Made by a program: the position numbers and the translations under genes
In this document: piece after piece, positions 27,201-37,389 of the stretch
Layout: each line of letters opens with the position of its first letter
How positions within the stretch are numbered: position 1 is the stretch's first letter
The notes under the pieces: model-generated
What the model was told of the DNA's origin: nothing
Seen by the model: only the letters and a program-made list of their open reading frames with translations
Database searches by the model: none
IMG/VR virus record: IMGVR_UViG_3300044266_000460
Location: 1-58,380 of that record
Length of the DNA: 58,380 nucleotides
Direction: 5' to 3' (one strand)
Source: a virus
Lineage: Duplodnaviria; Caudoviricetes

Positions 27201-28637
27201 GCTGACTGTGAATTCTTCATCGCTGACTATGGAACTGACATAATAGGTGGTGTCAGCAAATAAACCACCTATGACTGCGCCCTCAAATGTCACCGGAGAC
27301 CCCACATAAAAGTCTCCACGAGAATTGTAGTCACAAGTTATGATGTTGCTTCCAGCTGTGGTGCTGTAAACTATCAGGCTTCGGACTCGTACCTGTATGT
27401 TGAAACTATAGGTGATGTCGGTGTCACCGGTGTTGGGAATATATCCGTAGTACCATCCCGAAAATGGATCCAGTGATAGTCCCGGTGGAGTTCCAAATCC
27501 TTCGTTGATTGAAAATGCATATTCTAGATCATTGAGATCGTAATCTTGCCCGATAAACCTATAAGCGAAATTGTTGTCCATGCGCACAGTGCCCAAATTG
27601 CTGGGCTCGGCATTCAACAGGAATGGTGGACGAGTATTGGTTTCATCGGCAGTGAGTCGGGTATTATCAGCGGTGATATAGGTATCATCGGCTGAAAGAT
27701 CATCGCGGTTGTAGACATAGATTTCAAATGTGCGTTGATCGGTGCTTTTGCCATCATTGACTTCTAGGGTGAATTGATAATTCTTGTCTATGAATCCACC
27801 TATGAAATCATAGGGGTCAGTCTGATATGGTTGTAGGTCATAGCCCGGGGTAGTGGTGATATCCGCTGTGGGTCTTACATAACCAATGATCCTACCAGTT
27901 GGGGTGAGTGCGAGACCGGGTGGAAATTCCCCGGCCACTAATCTCACGACAAAGGAGTCTCCGGGATCTTGACCGGTATAGGCCAGTTGGATATCTACGA
28001 AGTCAGAATCGATATATGTGCCGATGAGACCCGCGGGGGTGACCCACTGTGCAGGATTATTTCCTGTGACCGTAAGACTGAATGTACGGTCGATAAAACG
28101 ATCAACCGCACCGGTGCTGGTCAGCGTATACGCCCGTATGGTAAATTTGCTGGTGACATCTTGGGCCACGTCGGTTGGTATGCCCTGTATATCCAGAGCT
28201 GCCTGTGGTACGCCATAACAGATACCAGTGGCAGCGATCTGTATACCATCGGGAGTCCGACCCGCTTGCAGACGATAAAACACTGGATCGCTGGCCACTC
28301 CGGTCAGCACACCAGAGGCCGTGGACAATGCCAAGGGTTGGGTGCTGGCCAGTGTTTCTTTGATGCGGAATTGCGAGGGACCATCAACACTGTAAATGGC
28401 GTAGGGAATGTTGGGCTGGATACCACCAAATGCATCGCCGGCAAATGTTATCAGTCTATCAACTTCGAGATCCACTGTGGTATCACAAGTTATGAGATTG
28501 GTACCGGCTTGAGTAGTATAACAGATCGAGGGTGTGGGATATGGTGGTAGTGTGGCTATCAAGGCGAATTGGTAGAAAATACCTTCACGTATCACGCCTA
28601 GACTGCCTGCTGGGGTCTGCCAAGTTGGTTGTGCCAT
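24282..28637 (-). CDS. Large virion structural protein with Ig-like repeats (baseplate wedge-like)
   Basis: 1451 aa; repeated W.TPAG.LG, PPGL.L and F.I.A/V motifs; C-terminal DKYLVFPK. Confidence 0.7.
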   Translation of the reverse strand: MAQPTWQTPAGSLGVIREGIFYQFALIATLPPYPTPSICYTTQAGTNLITCDTTVDLEVDRLITFAGDAFGGIQPNIPYAIYSVDGPSQFRIKETLASTQPLALSTASGVLTGVASDPVFYRLQAGRTPDGIQIAATGICYGVPQAALDIQGIPTDVAQDVTSKFTIRAYTLTSTGAVDRFIDRTFSLTVTGNNPAQWVTPAGLIGTYIDSDFVDIQLAYTGQDPGDSFVVRLVAGEFPPGLALTPTGRIIGYVRPTADITTTPGYDLQPYQTDPYDFIGGFIDKNYQFTLEVNDGKSTDQRTFEIYVYNRDDLSADDTYITADNTRLTADETNTRPPFLLNAEPSNLGTVRMDNNFAYRFIGQDYDLNDLEYAFSINEGFGTPPGLSLDPFSGWYYGYIPNTGDTDITYSFNIQVRVRSLIVYSTTAGSNIITCDYNSRGDFYVGSPVTFEGAVIGGLFADTTYYVSSIVSDEEFTVSYTLGGPDVTLSSDTATTLLLCVPAYSPRSRQYPFTLSITSIAGHEVTWLSPADLGIIENGSVSMLSILATSASGLPLSYELSPGAYNNLPQGLELLPSGDIVGRVSFQTFSLDLGATTFDASTSTLIRRDATTIDATHTFTVNAYAEENQVPLYEVSQVKILNGGTGFVSAPTLTFGTPVGAAAVQAQANVVVDGNAITNVLVTENGAGYTGVATYSLSGPGSGADLQIVMQQTGYRRLISAYKTFTVRVVRANNKPYQNLLITAMPPQNDRTLLNQLLSNTEIFVPDYIYRPDDPNFGLSTQVKYQHAFGLSPDTLDTYVRSLDLNHYWKNLVLGSIETARAVDAQGNTVYEVVYSRIVDDLVNAEGQSVSKIVTTPYAINNPEPPPALINSVYPNSLINMRDQVIDVVGQISQKLPLWMISRQADGTIPGFTPAWVICYTKPGRSAQIAYYISEYFGTQLNLIDFKVDRYILDAAMSLNWDPAVQNWEPAPVETTFDEFDTAGYNDLGIVNACTRLAFEQVNGRTIGEINAAGGLDGPSWITELGPTPVGTKVIIRDGSKIVFVRQENFSGMTVNEAFTQNINVYDELGFDVGITSGAVGSYDFGQVIPGGYTAECTATDSGTNLITANSTLAMQINDKIWFSGTTYGNISATNSNDQTQVYYVQSVANVTGTATNSVTGRITVSSVADLAVNDEIWFAPAITAIITATSTADNSVTIGDNTQLIVNMQFVPSDDIGNLTAGTVYYIKTLAGTDKVTLSATVGGSTIDPGTATGSVLTQIGSPIGGLEATNDSGVAIPYYITYITGSDIEISTEIGGTAVSPTTDSGNFVVYRAAFAVSTTIDSVSPVSLSTDTGSMMVNYGNPRMAIWTVSISEDYRVLLSLDQETVANDYVTSNQGLNYPVGTSLYRPQVPQGGLTRVNWQPFILVTSVSVPTTFDQDSVQWVEPIDMYDPTDRNDKYLVFPKTNILQ

Positions 28638-28650
28638 CTACTATTCTCGA

Positions 28651-30321
28651 TTAGAACCGACCCACTACGACTTCTATGCTCTGCACAAAGTCATCTCGGA
28701 TGTCCTCAATACTCTTGCCCAATACACAGCCCGGTTTATACTGCGCTGGATCAAGCACCTGGGCAATACCGGGCTGACTGCTGCTGACCAGTAAATCGCC
28801 TTTGGTAACTGGACCTTGTACTCGACACCAGGTACGACCAGTCAGGGCCACTGGGATTCCTTCGGCCTTGCTGTTCATGATATACCCAGGTTTGGTCGAA
28901 ATCACACCAGCTACTCGGGTATCATGGCTGATTTCCGTGGTAGTTATTTCGTGCTCGCCACCAAACACCACCACGGTGCCCGGTGGGTAGTGATCATCGG
29001 GCAGATATATTTCGGCCAAGTCAGCATATTGTGCCTGGTTGGCTGTGACGGTCAGGGTGTTTGTGGCAGCATTGAAACTAAATGCCGTGGCAGCGGTTCG
29101 AACCGCTGCGGTTTGATCGCTTCCGGCCGCAGCCACGAACACCGGATAGTAGGTTCCCGAAGCCACTGCTGTGGCATTGATGGTGGTGCTGGGGCCGGTG
29201 GCACCTTGTGTGCCTGTGACACCTTGTGTACCCACAGCGCCCTGGGCGCCCGTGATACCCTGCGTACCGGTGGCACCTTGTATACCAGTGTCCCCGGTGA
29301 TACCTTGCACACCCAATGCTCCTGCGGTTCCTTGTATACCAATGGGACCGGTCGCGCCCTGAGCGCCAGTGGTACCTTGTGTGCCTGTGGGTCCGGTCGT
29401 GCCCTGTGCGCCCGTGATGCCTTGCGCACCGGAACCCTGCACTGCCACGCCATTGGCATATTGGAAGCCCGCTGCTTTGACGTTGCCCACGGCACTGACG
29501 ATAGCACCAAGGCTGATGTTGTTGGCTGTGACATTTCCGGTACCGCCCAATGCGTTGCTGACCGTGAGTTGATCCAGGTTGCCCAGGGTCCTGAGACTTG
29601 AGTTAATGACTGTGCTGCTGAGTGTGGTACCGGTCAGTGAGTTGGCATCTGAGCTGAGTGCTACCCCAGTCAGCAGTGAGCCATTGCCCAATATGTAATT
29701 TCCCGATACATTGGCAGATGAAGTAATGTTTCCAATCGCGGATACCTGGCCCGAAAGAAGCATATTGGCAGCTTCCACATTGCCCGCAGCACTGATCAAT
29801 CCCGATGACAGGACATTTTGAGCCTGGACGTTTCCGCTGGTGGAAACCATACCGGCTGTTTTGAGATTCCCACCAGTGACGTTGCCCGTGACCGATAGGC
29901 TAGAAAGAGTACCAACTGTGGTTAGGCTGGCAGTGGTCACGTTGCTGCTCAGGACATTTCCCGTGATCAAGCTGGCCGGAGATTGGCTGCTGACATTGGT
30001 GATATAGCTACCATCACCTACAAAATATCCACCAGCGATGACGTTGCCATCAGCTGAAATATCCGCGCTGGAAACGATGTTTCCATCTATGTTCGTTTCC
30101 GTGGTTGATATGACCACCACATTGCTGACCCCGGCACTGGAAATGGTGATCGCGCTGTCCTGCAATACCAAGACATTGCTGGTGCCATTAGCTATGCCCG
30201 AAACGCCCAAAGTGCTGTAAAGTTCCGTGAAATTGTTGTTGCAGATCGTAAACGCGGTCCTCAAGGGACTGCCGTTGCCATCATTGGGCGAATTGCCAAT
30301 ATTGATTATCTGTTGCGTCAT
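28651..30321 (-). CDS. Tail fibre-like protein: gp9/gp10-like N-terminus, collagen repeat, C-terminal autoproteolytic chaperone-like domain
   Basis: [21 protein letters not shown]...NFTELY; G-x-x (GAQGITG) run; ADLAE.Y...PGTVV...VAGVIS...VALTGR...KGDLLV. Confidence 0.75.
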   Translation of the reverse strand: MTQQIINIGNSPNDGNGSPLRTAFTICNNNFTELYSTLGVSGIANGTSNVLVLQDSAITISSAGVSNVVVISTTETNIDGNIVSSADISADGNVIAGGYFVGDGSYITNVSSQSPASLITGNVLSSNVTTASLTTVGTLSSLSVTGNVTGGNLKTAGMVSTSGNVQAQNVLSSGLISAAGNVEAANMLLSGQVSAIGNITSSANVSGNYILGNGSLLTGVALSSDANSLTGTTLSSTVINSSLRTLGNLDQLTVSNALGGTGNVTANNISLGAIVSAVGNVKAAGFQYANGVAVQGSGAQGITGAQGTTGPTGTQGTTGAQGATGPIGIQGTAGALGVQGITGDTGIQGATGTQGITGAQGAVGTQGVTGTQGATGPSTTINATAVASGTYYPVFVAAAGSDQTAAVRTAATAFSFNAATNTLTVTANQAQYADLAEIYLPDDHYPPGTVVVFGGEHEITTTEISHDTRVAGVISTKPGYIMNSKAEGIPVALTGRTWCRVQGPVTKGDLLVSSSQPGIAQVLDPAQYKPGCVLGKSIEDIRDDFVQSIEVVVGRF

Positions 30322-30338
30322 CGAGATATCCTTTATGC

Positions 30339-30369
30339 TATTTACCAACTCTGGGTGCGCCGCTAAATA
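30339..30369. promoter_or_regulatory. Back-to-back late promoter boxes
   Basis: TAAATA on - (30339-30344) and on + (30364-30369) between divergent fibre genes. Confidence 0.65.
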
Positions 30370-30387
30370 CCCTGTCAGGAGCGTAGA

Positions 30388-32175
30388 ATGAGCTACATTA
30401 TTAGAAATAGCCGGGATCAACTTATAGTAAATCTAGCCGACGGTACCATCAACAACACTGCCACCAGCCTTACTTTGGTGGGACGCAATATCGTCAGCTA
30501 TGGCCAAGACGAAAACGAAAACTATGTATATTTGTTGGAAAATTTCGCCAACGATACTCCACCCAACAATGCGATTTTAGGTCAGCTTTGGTACAACAGT
30601 GATACCGATGCGATCAGCACCTATAGCAGTGCCAATACCTGGGTTGGTTTGGCCAACTATGATTATGTACAGAGCCAGAAGATTTCGCCGATTTTTACCG
30701 GTGTTCCCCAGGCTCCCACTGCTGCCGCAGGCACTGCCACGGCGCAAATAGCCACCACTGCATTTGTGACCTCAAGCCCGGCATTTGCGGGTTCGCCCAC
30801 TGCGCCCACTGCGATCTATGGTGACAATACCACACGCTTGGCCACCACGGCATTTGTGCAGAATGCAAAATACAGCCCGGTGTTTACCGGAACGCCCACT
30901 GCGCCCACTGCGGCAGCTGGTACCAATTCTACTCAAATAGCCACCACGGCTTTTGTGCAGGGAGAAAAAATCAGTCCGGCGTTTGCGGGTATACCCACTG
31001 CACCCACGGCCACACCAGGCAGTAGCACTACCCAGATCGCTACCACGGAGTTTGTGGTCAACACCGTTACCGGAGCACAGGGAATACTGGGCACCATAGC
31101 TTTACAAAATGCCAATGCCGTGTCCATAACTGGGGGTACGATTTCTGGTATCACTGACTTGGCCGTGGTAGATGGTGGTACCGGAGCCAGCACGGCCGCT
31201 GGGGCACGTACCAATTTGGGTCTGGGCAGCATGGCCACACAGAATTCCGGTGCAGTATCAATCACCGGTGGTAGCATCACTAATATCACGCCCTTGACAG
31301 TGTCAGATGGTGGCACCGGTGGCAGCACAGCGTCCCAGGCTCGCACCAATCTGGGTCTTGGATCAATCAGCGTGCAAGATTCCAGTTCGGTCACGATCAC
31401 TGGTGGTACCGCAGTGTTGTCATCGATACAAACGGTCAATGCCCAGATCACCGGTGGGGCCATCTCGAACATCACTGATCTAGCCATAGCTGATGGTGGC
31501 ACCGGAGCCAGCACAGCCTCTGGGGCACGTACCAATTTGGGTCTGGGCAGCATGGCCGTCCAGGATTCCAATAACGTCAACATAACTGGTGGATCCATCT
31601 TTGGGGCGACCATAACTGGGATCACCCCGTTGGCTGTCAACAGCGGTGGTACCGGTACCAATACTCTCACTGGCGTGTTAGTTGGTAATGGTACTTCGCC
31701 ATTTACCACTGTCACAGCACCAGCGGGTGCTATCGTGGGAACCACTGATACCCAGACATTGACCAACAAAACACTCACAGCACCAATCATCAACAGTGGT
31801 GTGCTAGATCAGAATACCACAGTTTACGATGGCGTATCCAATATAACCGTGGGTTATCGATATGTACCGCAGTCCCAGCAAAACGGCAATTATACCTTGG
31901 CATTGTCGGACATAGGCAAGCATATCTACAGCTACAACAATGGTGCACAAATCATCGCCATCCCCACCAACGCTGCTGTGGCATTTCCCATAGGCAGCGT
32001 GATCAGCTTGGTCAACAACGGAACCACGGCCATCACTGTATCCGCTGCCGGGATCACGTTGTACCAGGCTGGTACATCCAACAGCGGAAATAGAACGCTC
32101 AACATCAAAGGCATGGCCAGCCTGCTGAAAGTGGCCACCAACACCTGGTTTATTTCTGGATCCGGGGTTGTTTGA
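30388..32175 (+). CDS. Tail fibre protein
   Basis: SP.FTG.PTAPTA...T.IATTAFV repeats; DGGTGAST...ARTNLGLGS repeats; C-terminal W.ISG. Confidence 0.8.
   Translation: MSYIIRNSRDQLIVNLADGTINNTATSLTLVGRNIVSYGQDENENYVYLLENFANDTPPNNAILGQLWYNSDTDAISTYSSANTWVGLANYDYVQSQKISPIFTGVPQAPTAAAGTATAQIATTAFVTSSPAFAGSPTAPTAIYGDNTTRLATTAFVQNAKYSPVFTGTPTAPTAAAGTNSTQIATTAFVQGEKISPAFAGIPTAPTATPGSSTTQIATTEFVVNTVTGAQGILGTIALQNANAVSITGGTISGITDLAVVDGGTGASTAAGARTNLGLGSMATQNSGAVSITGGSITNITPLTVSDGGTGGSTASQARTNLGLGSISVQDSSSVTITGGTAVLSSIQTVNAQITGGAISNITDLAIADGGTGASTASGARTNLGLGSMAVQDSNNVNITGGSIFGATITGITPLAVNSGGTGTNTLTGVLVGNGTSPFTTVTAPAGAIVGTTDTQTLTNKTLTAPIINSGVLDQNTTVYDGVSNITVGYRYVPQSQQNGNYTLALSDIGKHIYSYNNGAQIIAIPTNAAVAFPIGSVISLVNNGTTAITVSAAGITLYQAGTSNSGNRTLNIKGMASLLKVATNTWFISGSGVV
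31171..31557 (+). repeat. Internal 66-nt coding repeat in the tail fibre
   Basis: 31171-31236 vs 31492-31557 differ at 3 positions; a diverged copy lies near 31307. Confidence 0.8.
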
Positions 32176-32957
32176 TGAGTGGTTTTCTCAATATCCTGTT
32201 GGGCCAAGGTGCTCGCACTCTCAACCTTGAAATAACCGCTGATTACTATCTGGGCTATAACATATATCAAGCGGCACAATCGCCCGTGGATCCGGTCAAT
32301 GTGATCCTAACTGTGTTTCCCGGTGTCACCGTGGTTGGTGGTGCCCCGTCGATCGCAGCCATAGATACTGGTATCGGTTGGGTTGGTGGTAGTAAAATCA
32401 TCATCATCAACAACGGTATCATAATAGGACGTGGTGGTGCCGGTGGTCAAGGTGGATGGTGTGCACAAGCCGCGATGTGGGCCGGTCCCGGCGTCGCAGG
32501 TGGCCCCGGTGGTACAGGATTGATAGCGAGATACCCAGTTGAAGTCGATAACCAAGGTTCTATCATCGCTGGTGCTGGTGGAGGCGGCGGGGGCGGTGGA
32601 GGTACCAGTCCCGGCAGTGCCGCTGCTGGCGGTGGGGGTGGTGGTGGAGTACCGTTGGGGGCGGCTGGGCCCAGTGGGCCTAACGTTGCCGGGTATGGAG
32701 TCAATGGCGAACCAGGAACGGCCGCTGATTTAGTAACACCAGGTACTGGTGGTGTGGGTGGAAGCAATAATTCTGGCTTTGGTGGTACTGGTGGTACCGG
32801 TGGTGGTTATGCGTCAGTTGGTTTTGCAGGTGCCCCTGGAATTGGTGCGTTAAGTGCCGGCGCTGGCGGAGTGGGCGGCAAACCGGGCAACGCTGTACAG
32901 GGTAATTCTTACATCACATGGATAGCTACCGGCACTAGGATCGGTGCCATAGTCTGA
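32175..32957 (+). CDS. Glycine-rich receptor-binding adhesin, T-even gp38-like
   Basis: INNGIIIGRGGAGG, IAGAGGGGGGGG, C-terminal GNAVQG...W...G.RIGA; coupled to the fibre gene. Confidence 0.7.
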   Translation: MSGFLNILLGQGARTLNLEITADYYLGYNIYQAAQSPVDPVNVILTVFPGVTVVGGAPSIAAIDTGIGWVGGSKIIIINNGIIIGRGGAGGQGGWCAQAAMWAGPGVAGGPGGTGLIARYPVEVDNQGSIIAGAGGGGGGGGGTSPGSAAAGGGGGGGVPLGAAGPSGPNVAGYGVNGEPGTAADLVTPGTGGVGGSNNSGFGGTGGTGGGYASVGFAGAPGIGALSAGAGGVGGKPGNAVQGNSYITWIATGTRIGAIV

Positions 32958-33500
32958 TCACAGACGTTCGTTGCAAACATCCCAGTTGATGATGCGCCAC
33001 ATGTTGCGCAGATATCCAGCTTTGTCGCTTTGATAATCCAGGGCCCAGGCGTGTTCCCACCAATCTATGATCATACAAATGTCGGTACGCACAGCATGAT
33101 TGGCTATGGTCTTGATGTCACCTCCGGTGCTGAGATATATCCAACCTGACCCCTGGATCTTCATGGCCTCTTCGGTGAATTGCTCCTGGAAATCTTCCCA
33201 GGTCTTGAAGTGGCTTTGGATCAACTCCAGGCACGCACCACGTGGTCTGTTGGCCGCTCGGGGTGCTCGCAGTTGCGGGAAGAATTTGTTGTGCAGAAAA
33301 CTGCCGGCACGATTGAAATCCGCATTGCCTTCGCCGCGATTGTAGCGTTGTGCATAGCCCTTGGCCAGGTGTTCGTAGTGATAATCTATGGTGGCCCGGC
33401 TCATGACAGGCTCTAGATCTTTGACACCGTAGGGCAAGGGTGTGGTTTCCAGCTTGGCCGGTCGTGTTGTGGCTTCTATGAGGTCGATGTGTTCGCGCAT
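32958..33500 (-). CDS. sod: Fe/Mn superoxide dismutase
   Basis: LPY...LEP, DYHY, FLHN, GSGW, DWWEHAW; all four expected metal ligands are recognisable. Confidence 0.88.
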   Translation of the reverse strand: MREHIDLIEATTRPAKLETTPLPYGVKDLEPVMSRATIDYHYEHLAKGYAQRYNRGEGNADFNRAGSFLHNKFFPQLRAPRAANRPRGACLELIQSHFKTWEDFQEQFTEEAMKIQGSGWIYLSTGGDIKTIANHAVRTDICMIIDWWEHAWALDYQSDKAGYLRNMWRIINWDVCNERL

Positions 33501-33508
33501 GGAAATAT

Positions 33509-33727
33509 TTAGTTTCTGCGCGTGATCCGCCCCCGGCTCATGTCATATGGTGAAAACTCTATAGAGACGTGATCCCCGGCGATGACTTTGATGTTGTTTT
33601 GTCGCATACGGCCCGATATAACACCCAGGACCGTGGTTTCCTGCTCATCTAACTGTACTCGAAACATGGCACTGGGCAGTATTTCAACCACAGTACCAGT
33701 CATCTTGATCGCTTCCTCTTTAGCCAA
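33509..33727 (-). CDS. infA: Translation initiation factor IF-1
   Basis: [21 protein letters not shown]...ISGRMR...GD.V.IEFSPYD.SRGRI. Confidence 0.93.
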   Translation of the reverse strand: MAKEEAIKMTGTVVEILPSAMFRVQLDEQETTVLGVISGRMRQNNIKVIAGDHVSIEFSPYDMSRGRITRRN

Positions 33728-34085
33728 TGGTAAATCCTATCAAATTGAGTCTATCCCAACGGAAACTGCGCCAAGCACCGGCTTCACAATCCCATACGGT
33801 ACGTACCTCCATGGTGGGTCGACGTCGCGGTTGTGTGGGTTGGAGATTGGCGGATTCAGTCACGGGATTGTACTTAGCACCGTGATCCTCACTCAGCGTA
33901 CAGATCATGGCCCGCACTGAACCATCGGCCTTGGTGAATTCCACCGTGATCCGGCCCAGGTGTAACTGTTCCTCCACGAATTTCCTGAAATCTTCGCGTT
34001 CGCTCTCGGACGCTTGGGTATAGTAATTACCAGGTGCGTCGCTCAAACGGCGCCACATTTCTGCTTGTTCAAAGTTCATGCTCAT
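33720..34085 (-). CDS. WYL_2/Sm-like SH3 beta-barrel protein
   Basis: [17 protein letters not shown]...VWD.E..AWRSFR. Confidence 0.75.
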   Translation of the reverse strand: MSMNFEQAEMWRRLSDAPGNYYTQASESEREDFRKFVEEQLHLGRITVEFTKADGSVRAMICTLSEDHGAKYNPVTESANLQPTQPRRRPTMEVRTVWDCEAGAWRSFRWDRLNLIGFTIG

Positions 34086-34933
34086 TTTGTTACCTCAATG
34101 GTTTTGAATCGCCAGCCATCGCTGCGAGGCTCATACCCCACATATCCGCGGGGGTTACAGACCACACGAGTGGGCCCGATGTGATAATCAAAGTCCTCGT
34201 GTGTGTGACCGTGAGTCCATAGCCGGATCTGGGGATGGTCCAAAATCAGCCCAGACAGATCCGAATGATAAGCACCGTTCATGAGGCGGTCCTCGGAGTA
34301 GCGCGGATGGACGCTGAGAGTGCTGGGCGAGTGATGTCCCACCACCACAGTTGGTGTATCGAGATTCTGCTTCAGCACAGTCTCGATGTATCGCAGGGTC
34401 CGTGTATGGCGTTCCACGGTGTCGGCCGGCGATAGTCTACGATATCCGCGTTCATCGTTGCGGATCACCATGAAGTCGCTCATCATGCTCTGCACAGCAT
34501 GCAGGGTCAGGGGATCAAAATTGTTCATGTTGGTCCAGAGAGTACCACCCACGAACAACACACCATCGATGGTGACGGTATCGCGCTCGAGATAATGTAT
34601 GTTGGCGAACGCCGCGCATTCATCGCGGAGGTCTTGGATGTTTTGCACCCACTTGCCGTGATAGAATTCGTGATTGCCGGCCACATAGACCACGTGCTCA
34701 AACAGCTCGCTGGCCCGGCGCAGGAAGTCCCGGAACCGCAGGGCTTGCGCCTGGCGTGTTCCCAGCATGCCCATGATCTCGGCCTGGTCCAAGGAAGCCG
34801 ACGCGGGATGGTCGTGTAGATCCTGTGCCAGCATGATATCACCGCTCAAGATCAAGACCTGGGCCTGATCCCGATTATCAAACTCAAGATCGCCAAACTC
34901 TAGATGTATATCTGAACCTATTGCGATTCGCAT
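34082..34933 (-). CDS. Calcineurin-like metallophosphoesterase
   Basis: SDIHLE, SGD, AGNHE, HHSP, HGHTH, NPRGY. Confidence 0.9.
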   Translation of the reverse strand: MRIAIGSDIHLEFGDLEFDNRDQAQVLILSGDIMLAQDLHDHPASASLDQAEIMGMLGTRQAQALRFRDFLRRASELFEHVVYVAGNHEFYHGKWVQNIQDLRDECAAFANIHYLERDTVTIDGVLFVGGTLWTNMNNFDPLTLHAVQSMMSDFMVIRNDERGYRRLSPADTVERHTRTLRYIETVLKQNLDTPTVVVGHHSPSTLSVHPRYSEDRLMNGAYHSDLSGLILDHPQIRLWTHGHTHEDFDYHIGPTRVVCNPRGYVGYEPRSDGWRFKTIEVTK

Positions 34934-34934
34934 A

Positions 34935-35471
34935 TCATGCCTTTTCCATGTGATGTCGGGCGCACAGAGTGCGGATCCAGCCTTTGCCACCTGTGGTGCC
35001 CGGGGCACCACACATTTCGCAGGTCACTGCGCTCATGGCCTCGGCCATCTGTATCATGCCATGGGTGCATTCATTACCTCCCTGGGCATAGAAACGCAAG
35101 GTGCCAAACTTTTCCTTGACCTGGGTCGCAACGACCTGTTGGCAGGGTACAATGACTTCTCGCGCCGCATTGGTCAGGACGTGATCGCGCTGACGCTGCA
35201 CCCAATCCAGGGGCATGGTTTCGTAGAATTTCAAGAACAATGTGTCATCGCCGGCGCGCAAGGCATCACGCATGGCATTATACTCGATGGCAGATTCGTA
35301 GTTTTTATGGCACCAATCGATGTGGGATTGGATACAACCACATGCAGCGTCTAGAAGATTAAACCAACCATCGCCTACGCTAATATCAGAGTCCTCGACA
35401 AAGATCAGGGGATATCGTTCGCGCAGCACCGGAATTTGAGTGGTAGTTTTCATAATGTCTGTCCTTGCCAT
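34935..35471 (-). CDS. Hypothetical phage protein (QVKEKFG.LRFY, CxxC)
   Basis: GDGW, KEKFGTLRFY, TCEMCG motifs. Confidence 0.7.
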   Translation of the reverse strand: MARTDIMKTTTQIPVLRERYPLIFVEDSDISVGDGWFNLLDAACGCIQSHIDWCHKNYESAIEYNAMRDALRAGDDTLFLKFYETMPLDWVQRQRDHVLTNAAREVIVPCQQVVATQVKEKFGTLRFYAQGGNECTHGMIQMAEAMSAVTCEMCGAPGTTGGKGWIRTLCARHHMEKA

Positions 35472-35707
35472 GTTTGTGAACGTAATTTTACCCAGAAAAA
35501 CTCTTTCATGTCAACCGGATGATCCAACTCAATCCAGCGATTTTTGAGCCATCGTACCGAATCGTCTTCTTCTTGCCAGATTCGCTCGCTGAGACCTCGC
35601 AGCATAAAGTAACGCCAGTGATTGATCTCACCGGTATCTTGGACATAGACGCTGAAATACCGGCATTCACCACTGCTGCTCCGGACCTCATGGTATTGAT
35701 ATGGCAT
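35450..35707 (-). CDS. Hypothetical protein
   Basis: TGATG-coupled start. Confidence 0.6.
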   Translation of the reverse strand: MPYQYHEVRSSSGECRYFSVYVQDTGEINHWRYFMLRGLSERIWQEEDDSVRWLKNRWIELDHPVDMKEFFWVKLRSQTWQGQTL

Positions 35708-35865
35708 CAGAGCTGTCCGTTTTCTTCCAGCACACTGAGTATCTTGGCCAGAGCAGCCAGCACCAGACCCAATACCACCTGGGGCCAAAAATCCAGCACC
35801 AGATTATTGGTGATCCAAAAACCTGCGGCTATGGCAAACAGAGTGTGTTTGGTATATGGATCCAC
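35707..35865 (-). CDS. Small membrane protein
   Basis: Two hydrophobic segments; GTG start right after the upstream stop. Confidence 0.5.
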   Translation of the reverse strand: MDPYTKHTLFAIAAGFWITNNLVLDFWPQVVLGLVLAALAKILSVLEENGQL

Positions 35866-35866
35866 A

Positions 35867-36250
35867 CTATCTCCGCATGTGAGCGATGTCGCGGGCCTCT
35901 TCGTCGGTGAAGATTGGAACGGCATTGCTTTTGTGCATAGTACCGATGCCCTTGATCTTGTCGCCGGTATAGACCTTGGGTGCGCCCACAGTGCAGGCCT
36001 CACCGGTAAAGGGCAGGCTGGGGATGCGCGGCTGATCGCTGCCACGATAGCTGGGGCGCGTGGGCACATAGGGTTCGGCTCGCATGGCCCGACTGCGGCG
36101 CTTTTCTTGCCGCTCCACTTCGTGGCGCTTCAGCAGCTCTTTCCAAGCATCATCATTTTCGCGGGCACGTTGCGCTTCTGCTGCATTGCGAAACTTGCGG
36201 CGCCCCTTTTTCTTGCCCGTGGTAGAAAGCCAGGGTCCAACGAGATGCAT
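35867..36250 (-). CDS. Hypothetical basic phage protein (YTG..IKGI.TMHKSNAVPIF)
   Basis: AAGGAG SD before MHLVGPW. Confidence 0.75.
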   Translation of the reverse strand: MHLVGPWLSTTGKKKGRRKFRNAAEAQRARENDDAWKELLKRHEVERQEKRRSRAMRAEPYVPTRPSYRGSDQPRIPSLPFTGEACTVGAPKVYTGDKIKGIGTMHKSNAVPIFTDEEARDIAHMRR

Positions 36251-36277
36251 GGATCGCTCCTTCTTGATAAATAAGTT

Positions 36278-36916
36278 ATGTTTCTGACTAACAAATATTC
36301 TACATGGTATTATAACATTATTTCTCAATCAAAGTCAAGAGATAATAATCAGTACACCGAACGCCATCATATTATACCAAAATCTTTAGGTGGAAGTAAT
36401 CATATTGATAATATTGCCATTCTAACAGCCAGAGAACATTTCATATGCCATTGGCTTTTGGTAAAAATGACGTCAGGAAAAGAACGAGGTAAAATGGTGT
36501 TTGCTTTAAGAATGATGAAAGCCAAATCCAGTAAGCATAGAAGATACGAATCTAATATAACTGCAAGAGTTTACGAATCTATCAAAGTTGAATATTCTTT
36601 ATTTATGAGCCAAACGCACTCTGAGAAAATACCTTGGAATAAGGGTATCAAACAAACTCCCGAACACAATAAAAAAATTAGTATGGCCTTGAAAGGCAAA
36701 AAACACACCGAAGAACACCGTAAAAAAAATTCAGAATCTAAAAAAGGCCGAATCGGTACATTCACAAATAGAACTCACTCTCAAAAAACTAAAATTTTAC
36801 TCAGAGATCTCAATACAGGTGCGCAGCCAGTTGTTACTTGTCCTCATTGCGGTAAATCAGGAGGAAGATCAAATATGTCTCGGTATCATTTTGCAAAATG
36901 TAAGTATCTCAAATGA
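36278..36916 (+). mobile_element. Free-standing HNH homing endonuclease with NUMOD3 repeats
   Basis: ERHHIIPKSLGG.N...N...LTAREHFICH; KGKKHTEEHRKK NUMOD3; C-terminal TCPHC; visibly AT-rich; opposite strand to neighbours. Confidence 0.88.
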
Positions 36917-36949
36917 TACTAGACATAATCTCTATTGATGGTGAATTGT

Positions 36950-36977
36950 ATTTTAACACACAACGGATATATGTCAA
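36950..36977 (-). promoter_or_regulatory. sigma70-like early promoter
   Basis: TTGACA-16-TAAAAT. Confidence 0.65.
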
Positions 36978-37327
36978 CCTTTTAGTGCTTGGATATCAGC
37001 CTCGCTGAGCCCCAGTTCACGAGCACGATTCAGGGCACGTTCTCGGGCCAGTGTTGCCTTACGCTGGACCTCCAGTTTGCGTTCCTCCTCAAGATCCACA
37101 GTCGATGGCTGAACAATGCGAGCATAGGGTGCGTACCATGTATTGCCCTTGAGTATCCAGGTCTCTTCACTGACACGGCTATCGCTGCCCATGACATAAT
37201 TACCCCGGGCCAAACGACGTGCGGTGCTTTCCAATTTGCAGAAATATTGCACATATTCCTGCCCGCGCCCCTCGGTGAGGTCAGTGTTGGTCCAGACCGC
37301 ATACAGTTTGATAGAACGTTTGCTCAT
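36974..37327 (-). CDS. Hypothetical early protein
   Basis: Start reassigned to MSKRSIK after a promoter and GGAG. Confidence 0.7.
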   Translation of the reverse strand: MSKRSIKLYAVWTNTDLTEGRGQEYVQYFCKLESTARRLARGNYVMGSDSRVSEETWILKGNTWYAPYARIVQPSTVDLEEERKLEVQRKATLARERALNRARELGLSEADIQALKG

Positions 37328-37389
37328 CGTCTGCTCCGTGTCGTTTACTATACCCATATTATACCCGAAACCCAGATTTTGGTCAACCG
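37324..37389 (-). repeat. Promoter+UTR+start cassette, copy 1
   Basis: TTGACC-17-TATAAT, GGAG, ATG; 64/66 identical to 37875-37940. Confidence 0.9.

Noticed and set aside
31171-31557. Near-identical repeats in a tail fibre as a possible DGR template/variable pair
   Set aside because: Both copies are in-frame structural repeats, mismatches are not adenine-specific, and no reverse transcriptase is present in the window
30345-32960. Invertible tail-fibre segment
   Set aside because: No flanking inverted repeats or invertase seen; the divergent late promoters explain the orientation
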